Origin: an uncultured Pseudomonadota bacterium
GTDB taxonomy: Bacteria; SAR324; NAC60-12
NCBI GenBank assembly: GCA_913020725.1
Contig: CAJWCD010000012.1
Coordinates: forward strand, 1-38,718
Length of the DNA: 38,718 bases
Direction: 5' to 3'
This document shows positions 27,977 through 36,671 of the stretch, in pieces (the first letter of the stretch is position 1; each line of letters opens with the position of its first letter). The notes under the pieces were generated by a model that saw nothing but the letters and a program-made list of their open reading frames with translations, made no database searches and was not told the origin of the DNA. The translations under genes were made by a program, and so were the position numbers.

Positions 27977-28723
27977 GTGTTTGCCCTCCCTGCCTTATTA
28001 CCCCGCCTCCTTTTTCCGTTCACGCTCACCCTGTTGCTGTTTTCTGCAAGCGGGATACTCTACGCCCAACTGGACCCGCTGCTGGACGACCCCTACCTTG
28101 ATCCGGAAACTGTGGCCGCGCTGCTCCCGGACGAAGCGGACACTCCCATCGTTGATTCCGCTTTCATGATTGGCACGGGCTGGGGAATTCATCCCATTCA
28201 TCTCTTCGGCCCCCCCATCATGCTCGGGTACCACCGACATCCGTGGACGTTGGGTTTCGAGTACAGCGACACAGACAAGCTCAACGTGTTTGCCCAGCAG
28301 CGCACGGAGAATTTCGGTCCCTCGCGGGCAACGGGAACGGCCTTCTATGTACGACGGCAGTTGTGGGGCGGGATTTACGGCTCGGTGGGTTATGAAAACC
28401 GTCAGGGATGGCTCTGGAACCGGACCTACAACCGCACAGGATTTATCGATCAGTGGGTTAGGACAGCGCGCTACGATTTGTCTTTTGAGACCAAGGTGGT
28501 GACCTTGGCCACAGGCTTCCAACATTTCAGCGATGCAACCTTCTTGGTGCTCGACATCATACGTTACAATGTCTTTTTGCAGCAAACCGACAAGGCGACG
28601 ATCCACATAAACACTTGGACGGTCAACCAATTAAACGAGGATATGCAGGATCACAAGGACAACTGGAACGCCATCCTTGCGTACAACGCAACTCTGGTGG
28701 TGACGTGGGGGCTGCATTTCTAG
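27977..28723 (+). CDS. Hypothetical exported protein, possible outer-membrane beta-barrel
   Basis: Signal-like N-terminus, alternating beta-strand patterns and C-terminal VVTWGLHF. The start is uncertain, since the track ORF 27632 overlaps actF. Confidence 0.6.
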   Translation: MFALPALLPRLLFPFTLTLLLFSASGILYAQLDPLLDDPYLDPETVAALLPDEADTPIVDSAFMIGTGWGIHPIHLFGPPIMLGYHRHPWTLGFEYSDTDKLNVFAQQRTENFGPSRATGTAFYVRRQLWGGIYGSVGYENRQGWLWNRTYNRTGFIDQWVRTARYDLSFETKVVTLATGFQHFSDATFLVLDIIRYNVFLQQTDKATIHINTWTVNQLNEDMQDHKDNWNAILAYNATLVVTWGLHF

Positions 28724-29355
28724 CCGCTGTGACTAGACGGATTGGGAAGGAGGGGTTGGTGTTGAAACACGGTTTCCACGGTCTGGACGATGATCTTGAC
28801 CGTGTGATCGAACTCAAGGTTGACCAGAGCGCCCACCTTTGCGGTGCCAAGGATGGTTTGGGAAAGGGTTTCCGGAATCAGAGCGACCGAGAACCAATCC
28901 TCACCCACCTCGACAATCGTCAAACTCGCACCATCAACCGCAATCCAGCCCTTGGGAATCCGGAGTTGCTGCCACTGTAGATCATGCTCCACCACGACCT
29001 CGCGGTTGTTGGGAGCATCCCGGATTTCTCGGAGCATCCCGGTGCCGTCAATGTGGCCACTAACGTGGTGTCCGCCAATTTCATCCCCAACCTTCGCGGA
29101 GCGTTCGATGTTGACGAGATCCCCGGACCACAACGAACCGAGGTTGGTGCAGCGCAGGGTTTCGGCAATCACGTCAAACTCCACCCAGCCGTCTTGGATG
29201 TCGGTGGCGGTCAGGCAAGTTCCATTGACCGCAACGCTGGCTCCACGCTTCAAACCCCCGGCCAGGTTGTCGAGTTGAATCCGCAGCCGTCGTCCGCCCT
29301 CAAACTCCTCAACAGCAGTCACGGATCGGGTGCCCTGTACAATTCCGGTAAACAT
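28720..29355 (-). CDS. ribE: Riboflavin synthase (alpha chain)
   Basis: MFTGIVQG start at 29355, GASVAVNGTCLT, VNIERS, GGHHVSGHIDG, KGWIAVDGASLT and VNLEFD. Named ribC in E. coli. Confidence 0.95.
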   Translation of the reverse strand: MFTGIVQGTRSVTAVEEFEGGRRLRIQLDNLAGGLKRGASVAVNGTCLTATDIQDGWVEFDVIAETLRCTNLGSLWSGDLVNIERSAKVGDEIGGHHVSGHIDGTGMLREIRDAPNNREVVVEHDLQWQQLRIPKGWIAVDGASLTIVEVGEDWFSVALIPETLSQTILGTAKVGALVNLEFDHTVKIIVQTVETVFQHQPLLPNPSSHSG

Positions 29356-29365
29356 TGTTCTATTC

Positions 29366-29746
29366 TTAAGAATGATGCCTGTGGAGGTAGCCGCGCATTT
29401 GCTGCCGGATCCACTTGGCCAACTCTTCGCGACAGACGGGGACAAGCAGAAGGAACCCCAAGGCGTCCGTCACCACACCCGGAACCACCAAGAGCATCCC
29501 GCAGATCCAGAGCAGAAAATCGTTGAGCAGTTCCTCTGTGGGCAATCGCCGGTTCTGCAACTCCGTTTCGATCAGCGTCCACAGCGAAAAATCCTCGCCG
29601 CGCATGAACCACCAACCCGCCCCCGCCGTGACCCCGCACAGTGTGAATAGCGAAATCAGCGGCAGCAGTTCCGCCAGTAACAGCAGCAGCGTGATTTCCA
29701 GTACCGGAACTAGGAACAGGACCAGTGTGAGAACTCCCCCCACCAT
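29366..29746 (-). CDS. fxsA: FxsA family membrane protein
   Basis: FLVPVLEITLL and GMLLVVPGVVTDALGFLLLVP. Confidence 0.85.
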   Translation of the reverse strand: MVGGVLTLVLFLVPVLEITLLLLLAELLPLISLFTLCGVTAGAGWWFMRGEDFSLWTLIETELQNRRLPTEELLNDFLLWICGMLLVVPGVVTDALGFLLLVPVCREELAKWIRQQMRGYLHRHHS

Positions 29747-29761
29747 GCGGATGCTATCTTG

Positions 29762-30172
29762 TTAATGTGGAGGAATCGAATAAGTGCAAGTTGCGTGGGC
29801 AACCAACCCGGACTCGCCCTCTGAGTAAATGCGCACCTCGGCAACTGCAAGCCGCCGACCAAGTTTGAGCAACTGTGCCTCGCCGATCACATCCCGATTC
29901 GACGCAGGTTTGCGCATGAAATTGATGGTCAGGTTCGTCGTCACGGCCAGTACCACGGGGCCGATTTCTGCAAGAATCGCCAGATACGTCGCCGTGTCTG
30001 CAAGTGTCATCATCGTAGGTCCGGACACCGTTCCGCCCGGACGCAGGTGCTGTTCTTTGATGGGAACCCGGACCCGTGCCCAGCGCGGTCCAATTTTCTC
30101 AAGCACGACATCGCATTGCGAAAACTGCTCGCGTAGCAGTTGCTGAAGTTCCTCCACCGTGAGTTGGGACAT
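29762..30172 (-). CDS. PaaI family (hotdog) thioesterase
   Basis: HLRPGGTVSGPTMMTLAD, AVTTNLTINFMRKP and LLKLGRRLAV. AAGGAG RBS before the ATG at 30172. Confidence 0.9.
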   Translation of the reverse strand: MSQLTVEELQQLLREQFSQCDVVLEKIGPRWARVRVPIKEQHLRPGGTVSGPTMMTLADTATYLAILAEIGPVVLAVTTNLTINFMRKPASNRDVIGEAQLLKLGRRLAVAEVRIYSEGESGLVAHATCTYSIPPH

Positions 30173-30252
30173 CACTCCTTTCGTTGGGTTGATCATAAAA
30201 TGGTTTGCTGATGCATTGGTTGATCAAGGTACAATACCACGACTGCATTCGC

Positions 30253-30309
30253 GACACCACCCCACTTGCATCATTGGCCACCCTGCTTGACAGCCTCAAC
30301 CTCCGGCAG
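30253..30309 (+). repeat. 57-bp direct repeat, copy 1 (duplicate of the helicase gene 5' end)
   Basis: 53/57 identical to 31023-31079. Confidence 0.9.
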
Positions 30310-30920
30310 AAACACTGGAGCGGTTGTGGATGATGTTGGCACACAGCCAAGGAATCTGCTGAACGCTGCAAAGCTGGCTGCAGGATTGGGGGTTTCCTCA
30401 CCAACGATCACCAGTTACCTTGGATTGTTGGTGGGCCTGCTGTTACTGCGCCGCCTGCCGCCTTACCTTCCCAATGTCCGGAAGCGGCCCGTCAAATCCC
30501 CGAAAACCTATGTGCGCGACAGCGGCCTGCTCCACGCCCTGTTGGGCATCCACAGCGTGGACGAACTACTGGGGCATCCCGGTCGCAGGCATGAGTTGGG
30601 AAGGTTTCGTGCTGGAGAACCTGCTGGCCGCGGCTCCGGACATGTCCGGGCTGCGTTTTATCGAACAGCGGCGGGTGCAGAGATTGACTTGGTGCTGGAA
30701 TTGGGCGGATGCGCCGGAATCTGGGCGGTCGAGGTTAAGAAGAACTCGGCGCCCAAGTTAGAGAGAGGATTTCATTCGGCGCTGGAAGACCTGCAACCGG
30801 GATCATGCCTTCGTCGTTTACACCGGATCGGATCGCTACCTCAAGTCACAAAATGTCACCGTCCTCAGCCTGCGGGAGTTGGCTCAGGAACTCGCTCGCC
30901 TGGACACCGGGACCGTGTGA
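30303..30920 (+). pseudogene. AAA+ ATPase / DUF4143 family pseudogene (C-terminal half, frameshifted)
   Basis: Across frames it reads PAETLERLWMMLAHSQG / LLNAAKLAAGLGVSSPT...VKSPKTYVRDSGLLHALL / SWEGFVLENL / FYRTAAGAEIDLVL..AVEVK / AFVVYTG. The Walker A region is missing. Confidence 0.85.
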
Positions 30921-31022
30921 CTCAACGGAACCAGAACGACGGTCTGACTTCATGAAACTCCGATCACAGAGAACCCCCTTGCCGTCTTGGGCGGAGCATG
31001 AGAGAATCGTTTTCCTGTTTGA

Positions 31023-31079
31023 GACACCACCCCACTGACATCGTTGACCACCCTGCTTGACAGCCTCAACCTCCGGCAG
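31023..31079 (+). repeat. 57-bp direct repeat, copy 2 (contains the helicase start codon)
   Basis: GACACCACCCCACT..CATC.TTG.CCACCCTGCTTGACAGCCTCAACCTCCGGCAG matches 30253-30309. Confidence 0.9.
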
Positions 31080-33071
31080 CGCGAAGCCGTGACGACGGCA
31101 CAGGGTCCGGTGTTGGTCCTCGCCGGGGCCGGAAGCGGCAAGACCCGTGTTATCATCCACCGCATTGCCCACCTGATCCAAACGCTGGGTAAACCTCCGG
31201 GGAGCATCTTGGGCGTGACCTTCACGAACAAGTCGGCGGGCGAGATGCAGGAGCGCTTGCGTGAAATGCTAGGAAAGGCCAGCCGGGGGGTTCACCTCAG
31301 CACCTTCCACTCGCTCGGGATGTCGCTGCTCCGCAAGTCGATCAAGCATTTGGACTACCGCCCGAATTTCGTGATCTACGACACGCAGGATCAGCGTGGG
31401 TTGTTGAAGTCGCTGCTGGAGGAACACGATTTTGGAAACGACGAGGGCTTGGTGGATTTGAAATCTGCGCATGCTGAAATCAGCCGTGCCAAAACCGCCG
31501 GGCTGGATGCCGAGTCCTTTGGGCAATCAGGGGATCGCCGACTGCAGATCATTGGGCAGATTTATCAGGAGTACCAGCGCACACTCAAGGGCTGCAACGC
31601 GCTTGATTTTGATGACATCCTCAACCTCACCCTGCAACTTTTCGAGCAGCATCCGGAGGCGATGCTTCCAGTGCAGGAGCGGTTTTGCTACATCTTGGTG
31701 GACGAGTATCAGGACACCAACCGCGTGCAGTATCGACTGCTCCGGCACCTCACGCGCCTGCACCGCAATCTCTGCGTGGTCGGCGACGACGACCAGTCCA
31801 TCTACGCTTGGCGCGGTGCGGACGTGCAAAACCTGCTGAGTTTCGAGCAGGACTATCCGGACGTGAAGGTGATCCGGCTGGAGCAGAATTACCGCTCGAC
31901 GCAGGTGATCCTCGATGCAGCAAATCAAGTGATCGCCAACAACCCGCAGCGCATGCCCAAGCAGCTTTGGTCCGAACGTTCCGGAGGGGAGCGGATCGAC
32001 TGGATCGCTGCGGAATCGGAACAGGAGGAACTGGAAACGGTGGTGCGCCGTATCCGGATGCAAGCCTTGCGGCATGGGCGGGGGCATCAGGATTTCGCGG
32101 TGCTGTACCGCTCAAACTTTCAGGCGCGGGCGATTGAGGAAGCGTTCCGCGATGGCGGGGTGCCCTATCGCGTGGTGGGCGCGACCAGCTTCTACGAACG
32201 GCAGGAGGTCCGGGACGTGTTGGCCTACCTCAAGGTGGTCTACAATCCCCGCGATGAAGTGAGCCTCCACCGCGTCATCAACACCCCTCGGCGCGGCATC
32301 GGTCAAACCTCGCTGATGCAAGCGAACACCTTGGCACGAACCCGTCGGGATGCACTGTTCCGGATTTTTGAACAAGCGAGTCAGTTTCCGGAAATCCCAC
32401 GAGAATCCGCCGCCTCGATGGAATCCTTTGCGTGGCGCATCCGCAAGTATCAGGAGCAGTTTGCCGAAGCTGAACTTGGCACCACGGTTCGGGCCTTGCT
32501 CGAGGAGGTCGGCTATGTGCGCTATGTGGAGAAGCAGCCCGGTGATCCCAAGACGCGGGAGCGGCGCAGGAACTGTGTGCTGGAACTGCTCAACGGGATC
32601 GACAAGTATTCCCGTGACCAGCCTCAGCGTGGGCTGCGTGACTATCTGGAGCGCGTGATGCTCTTCACCGAGCGTGACAACGAGGGCGATGCCTCCGGAA
32701 ACCAAGTGACGCTGATGACCCTGCACAGCGCAAAGGGGCTGGAGTTTCCTTACGTTTTTCTCGTCGGCATGGCCGATGGTGTGTTTCCGAATCAGCGCGC
32801 CCTCGACGAAAGCGGGGAGGACGAGGAGCGCCGCCTCTGCTATGTGGGCATCACGCGGGCACAGCGCGAACTCACGTTTTCAATGGCCAAATTCCAAAAA
32901 CGCTACGGCGAGCTTATCAAGCGTGACCCCTCGCGGTTTCTGCTTGAAATCGACCCAGAACTGTTCTCAACTCCCGTGATCGGCGAGGCCAATCCCGTGC
33001 AGAAAACCAAGCAGCGTGAGCAGTCGCGCTCTGATTTTTTCCTACAACTCCAACAGATGAAAGCCAGTTGA
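31044..33071 (+). CDS. UvrD/Rep/PcrA family ATP-dependent DNA helicase
   Basis: LAGAGSGKT, VTFTNK, VDEYQDTN, VGDDDQSIY, LEQNYRS, TLHSAKGLEF and EERRLCYVGITRA. The short C-terminus is Rep-like. Confidence 0.95.
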   Translation: MTTLLDSLNLRQREAVTTAQGPVLVLAGAGSGKTRVIIHRIAHLIQTLGKPPGSILGVTFTNKSAGEMQERLREMLGKASRGVHLSTFHSLGMSLLRKSIKHLDYRPNFVIYDTQDQRGLLKSLLEEHDFGNDEGLVDLKSAHAEISRAKTAGLDAESFGQSGDRRLQIIGQIYQEYQRTLKGCNALDFDDILNLTLQLFEQHPEAMLPVQERFCYILVDEYQDTNRVQYRLLRHLTRLHRNLCVVGDDDQSIYAWRGADVQNLLSFEQDYPDVKVIRLEQNYRSTQVILDAANQVIANNPQRMPKQLWSERSGGERIDWIAAESEQEELETVVRRIRMQALRHGRGHQDFAVLYRSNFQARAIEEAFRDGGVPYRVVGATSFYERQEVRDVLAYLKVVYNPRDEVSLHRVINTPRRGIGQTSLMQANTLARTRRDALFRIFEQASQFPEIPRESAASMESFAWRIRKYQEQFAEAELGTTVRALLEEVGYVRYVEKQPGDPKTRERRRNCVLELLNGIDKYSRDQPQRGLRDYLERVMLFTERDNEGDASGNQVTLMTLHSAKGLEFPYVFLVGMADGVFPNQRALDESGEDEERRLCYVGITRAQRELTFSMAKFQKRYGELIKRDPSRFLLEIDPELFSTPVIGEANPVQKTKQREQSRSDFFLQLQQMKAS

Positions 33072-33778
33072 CGATTTTAGAAAAAGTATTCAGGAGTCAG
33101 GAGCCAGAATGTCGGTTGTCGGTTGTCGGTTGTCGGTTTTGTTCTGCCTTCTGGATGGTCTGGGTTGTGCTGCTGCTGGGCGTTCTGGTTTTTTCCGGAA
33201 CGACAGGGCTGGCTGCCGAGCAAATCCGCATCCTCGCCTTGGGGGATTCGCTCACAGAGGGCTTTGGCGTTGATGAAACGGAAGCCTACCCTGCGGTGCT
33301 GGAGCAACTGCTTTTGCAAAAAAATTACTCCATCCGGATGATCAACGGTGGGGTTAGCGGTTCCACGAGTGCTAGTGCGCTCTCGCGCCTGAAGTGGTAC
33401 GCCCGCATCAAACCGCACTTCCTCATCCTCGCACTCGGCGCAAATGACGGGCTACGCGGCCTCAGCGTGGAGCGCATGAAGAGCAATCTGGGTGCGGTGA
33501 TTGCCTTTGCCAAAGAGCGTGGGATGGTTGTTTTGCTCGCCGGGATGCAGATGCCGAAGAATTACGGAGCGGAGTACACCACCACCTTCCGCAACGCTTT
33601 CCCGGAACTCGCGGAAACGCATGAGATCGTGCTGCTCCCGTTTTTGCTGGAAGGCGTGGGAGGGCTTCCAGACAAGAACTTGCGCGACGGCATTCATCCC
33701 AACCCGGACGGACACCAGATCATCGCCCGGACGATGCTGCGCCATCTGGAGCCGTTGCTTGAACAACACGTTCCTTGA
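33068..33778 (+). CDS. SGNH/GDSL arylesterase (TesA-like)
   Basis: GDSLTEG, INGGVSG, LGANDGLRG and DGIHPN. Signal peptide present. The start is ambiguous (TTG 33068 or ATG 33155). Confidence 0.9.
   Translation: MTILEKVFRSQEPECRLSVVGCRFCSAFWMVWVVLLLGVLVFSGTTGLAAEQIRILALGDSLTEGFGVDETEAYPAVLEQLLLQKNYSIRMINGGVSGSTSASALSRLKWYARIKPHFLILALGANDGLRGLSVERMKSNLGAVIAFAKERGMVVLLAGMQMPKNYGAEYTTTFRNAFPELAETHEIVLLPFLLEGVGGLPDKNLRDGIHPNPDGHQIIARTMLRHLEPLLEQHVP
33110..33137 (+). repeat. Heptamer tandem repeat (TGTCGGT)x4
   Basis: Four perfect units, preceded by CAGGAGT CAGGAGC CAGAA at 33091-33109. Confidence 0.9.
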
Positions 33779-33858
33779 AGGTGCCCGGACGTGGCACTCT
33801 CCCTGCAACAGCCTGAGCGACAAGCAACCAAGGAACGTGTTTGGATTTTCCGACCCTC

Positions 33859-34029
33859 ATGTCTGCACCTTCAACTTCTCCAGACCCCTCGGAGACCTCC
33901 AGTCAGGTTCTCCGGGGGATGCTCATCTTCAGCGCCCTCCAGCGCGGCAAGAAGCCCATCGGCTACAACGCGCAGGGTGGCTTCCGCAACCAGTCCCTTT
34001 CCGGACAAACGTTCACCCGCCAAATCTAG
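33859..34029 (+). CDS. Possible small hypothetical protein
   Basis: MSAPSTSPDPSETSSQVLRGMLIFSALQRGKKPIGYNAQGG... with host-like codons. It fills the gap between co-oriented genes. Confidence 0.35.
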   Translation: MSAPSTSPDPSETSSQVLRGMLIFSALQRGKKPIGYNAQGGFRNQSLSGQTFTRQI

Positions 34030-34140
34030 TCCAGCACAAACGGGTTTTCCTTTCACACGGGTTTGGTGTATCCTGCATCTTCCGGAATGGGATTTGCTTT
34101 TCATTGCCCCAGCACCAACCCGCTGTCCAAAGGAGTCCTA

Positions 34141-36003
34141 GTGACTAGAGGCATCCAAGCACTCTTCTCGATTCTGATCATCTTTCAACTCTGGAGCTTT
34201 TCTGGTTTTGCCCAAGAGTGGCTACCGGTTTCCAAAGACGGCTCAAAATCTTATCGGCACCTCGTCGAGCAGCAGATGCTCTCGCAGGTCAATGCGAACG
34301 GCTTTGGCGTGGCACCACAATTGGAAGAGGAATGGCTCAATCGTGTGGTGAGCGCCGGCCAAGAGTGGACCCGCAATCTCCGGGAATTGGAGCGCGAGTA
34401 CCGCCGTGCGGTGGCCAGTGCCCGCAAAGCCCGACTCACCATCCGGGCGCGTAAGGCAGTGCTGGAGCAACTCCAACCCTACCACGCCAGCCTGCTTGAG
34501 GAAATAGACCGCTACCGTGACCAGATTGCACGGATTGAGGAGGAGAAGCAGAAATTTCTGGAATCGCTCACCAGCACCAGTTTTTCGGTTCTGGTGGTCA
34601 TCCGGAGCCAACTCACCAGTGATCTTGTCCAGAAACTCCCAGCACTGGTGCAGGACGACACGCTCTTCAAAAACTCCGGAGGCATCGCCATCAGCGCCGT
34701 TTCCGAACGCTACTCCACCCGCAGTTCGTTTCCCTTCAAGTCCGGGCGCTTTCAGGTCAACTTTCTTTACCCCGAGAACATCTCACGGCTCAACAAGGAC
34801 ATCAGCGAGTTTGTCTACCTCTTCGCCCGCATTGACGTTTTTCCATATGTCGAACAACAGCAGGCGGGCCTGTCCGGAACTCTTGACGGGCAGGAAGCAC
34901 TCACCTTCTTTGACGCAGATGCCTTGCTTGCCTACCTCCAGCAGGAGCAGATCAAAGATAATCGGCTGGAGGCTTGGGCACAGGGAGAACTCTCCTCGCT
35001 GGCCGTTCACAATGACCAAGTGCTGAAAGCCTTCAACAATGCCCTCTCGCACTACGAGCATCTCAAGTCCGGGTTTGGCGAAGACCTCGCCAAGCTGGGT
35101 CAGGAAGAGCAGCAAGTGCAGCAGGACATTGGGAACCTGCGCAAGGAGATTGAACAGGGAGACATCGCGTTCCAAAAGATGGACGACGTACTGACGAACT
35201 ACGCAGCTCACTTCCGGAGCAAGAAGGTGATGTGGCTGGAACGCTTCCTGATGGCGGAAGACGGAGTGTTGCGGACAGATTCCTCCAAGATCGGCGAACT
35301 CCAGCCCGTCTTGCTTGGGCTGCGCAGCAACGCACTCACGAGCGACACCAGCCAGGCGATCCAGCTGATTGGACGACCGCTGGTGAGCGTGTACTCTGAA
35401 ATGGTGGACCGCTCCAATCAGCTCAAACTGGAGGTCAACAACCTTCCGGAAACGTCGGTTTATTTCGCCCAACCCAACCTGAAGGATTTTGAGCTGGTGA
35501 AGCTCAAGTGGGGGGTGAAGGGCCATCATTACCAACTGCTGCACCTCTCACGCAGGGTAGCAGGATCACAAACCCAGTTTGGATTGCTGGTCGCCCGTAA
35601 GCTTGAGTTGCAATCCACAACCACACCTCCGCAGTACAATCACGACACTTGTGCGTTCACGGTGCTGTTCTCGCCAAAGCGATTCAAACTCACCAAAGCC
35701 GCCAAGCAGGCGATCAAGCAAAGCGCACAATGCATGAAGGACAATCCGGGACAGTTCATTCATGTCATTGGTCACACCGATCGGCGGATTTTCAGCAAGT
35801 ACGGCAAGCAGGACAACAACGCCAAGCTGGGCTTGCGGCGGGCGCTTTCCGTGATGGATGCCTTGGTTGAGGCGGGAATTGACCCGGATCGGATTGCCAC
35901 CGTGTCCTCCAAGGGTTCCAGCGAACCAGCGGTGCTGGGCATGGATCGGTCGGCGCATCGGGCAAACCGACGGGTGGAGGTGTACTCCGATCCCACACTT
36001 TAA
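34141..36003 (+). CDS. Exported coiled-coil protein with a C-terminal OmpA/MotB-like peptidoglycan-binding domain
   Basis: AAGGAG before the GTG at 34141, signal peptide ending GFA-Q, two coiled-coil segments, IGHTD, NAKLGLRRA and NRRVEV. Confidence 0.85.
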   Translation: MTRGIQALFSILIIFQLWSFSGFAQEWLPVSKDGSKSYRHLVEQQMLSQVNANGFGVAPQLEEEWLNRVVSAGQEWTRNLRELEREYRRAVASARKARLTIRARKAVLEQLQPYHASLLEEIDRYRDQIARIEEEKQKFLESLTSTSFSVLVVIRSQLTSDLVQKLPALVQDDTLFKNSGGIAISAVSERYSTRSSFPFKSGRFQVNFLYPENISRLNKDISEFVYLFARIDVFPYVEQQQAGLSGTLDGQEALTFFDADALLAYLQQEQIKDNRLEAWAQGELSSLAVHNDQVLKAFNNALSHYEHLKSGFGEDLAKLGQEEQQVQQDIGNLRKEIEQGDIAFQKMDDVLTNYAAHFRSKKVMWLERFLMAEDGVLRTDSSKIGELQPVLLGLRSNALTSDTSQAIQLIGRPLVSVYSEMVDRSNQLKLEVNNLPETSVYFAQPNLKDFELVKLKWGVKGHHYQLLHLSRRVAGSQTQFGLLVARKLELQSTTTPPQYNHDTCAFTVLFSPKRFKLTKAAKQAIKQSAQCMKDNPGQFIHVIGHTDRRIFSKYGKQDNNAKLGLRRALSVMDALVEAGIDPDRIATVSSKGSSEPAVLGMDRSAHRANRRVEVYSDPTL

Positions 36004-36022
36004 TGACCAAAGAGCTTTGACC

Positions 36023-36643
36023 ATGCTGAAAATTTGGGGACGCGCCAATTCCGTGAATGTACAGAAGGCCGTCTGGGCCGCTGCTGAGGTGGGGGTGCGC
36101 TTTGAGCGGTTGGATGCCGGACTTGTTTTTGGAAAGAACACCGAGGATTGGTACCTCGCGCTCAATCCCAACGGTAAAGTCCCCTTGCTGCAAGATGGGG
36201 AGTGGTCGCTCTGGGAGAGTAACGTGATCGTGCGCTACCTTGCACATTGCTATGGCACTGGAACCTTGTGCCCGGACGACCCGCAACAGCGCTTCACCGC
36301 AGAGCAGTGGATGGACTGGACCGTGTCGGAACTGCTCCCGGCAATGACTCCACCGTTCTGGGGTTTGGTGCGTACTCCTCCGGAAAAGCGCAACTGGGAG
36401 GCGATCAATGCAGGAATCAAGGAGTGCAACCGACTGTTCGGCCTGCTGGACCGCCACCTTCAACAACAGGATTACGTTGCTGGAAACGAGTTCTCGATGG
36501 GCGACATCCCTGCCGGGGCACTCGTTTACCGCTGGTACAATCTCGACATCGAACGCGACGAATTACTAGGAGTTCACGCTTGGTATGAACGGCTCCAAAT
36601 CCGTTCGTCCTACGGGAAACACGTTATGCTTCCCGTGACCTGA
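36023..36643 (+). CDS. Glutathione S-transferase (GstB/YliJ-like)
   Basis: MLKIWGRANSVNVQK, LNPNGKVP, LWESNVIVRYL, EQWMDW and FSMGDIP. Confidence 0.93.
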   Translation: MLKIWGRANSVNVQKAVWAAAEVGVRFERLDAGLVFGKNTEDWYLALNPNGKVPLLQDGEWSLWESNVIVRYLAHCYGTGTLCPDDPQQRFTAEQWMDWTVSELLPAMTPPFWGLVRTPPEKRNWEAINAGIKECNRLFGLLDRHLQQQDYVAGNEFSMGDIPAGALVYRWYNLDIERDELLGVHAWYERLQIRSSYGKHVMLPVT

Positions 36644-36671
36644 GCGTCCGGGTTCCCATTAAATCCGCGTT

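Noticed and set aside
30266..30955. 229-aa ORF as an intact gene
   Set aside because: It drifts in and out of the DUF4143 frame and lacks the ATPase N-terminus, so it was treated as a pseudogene.
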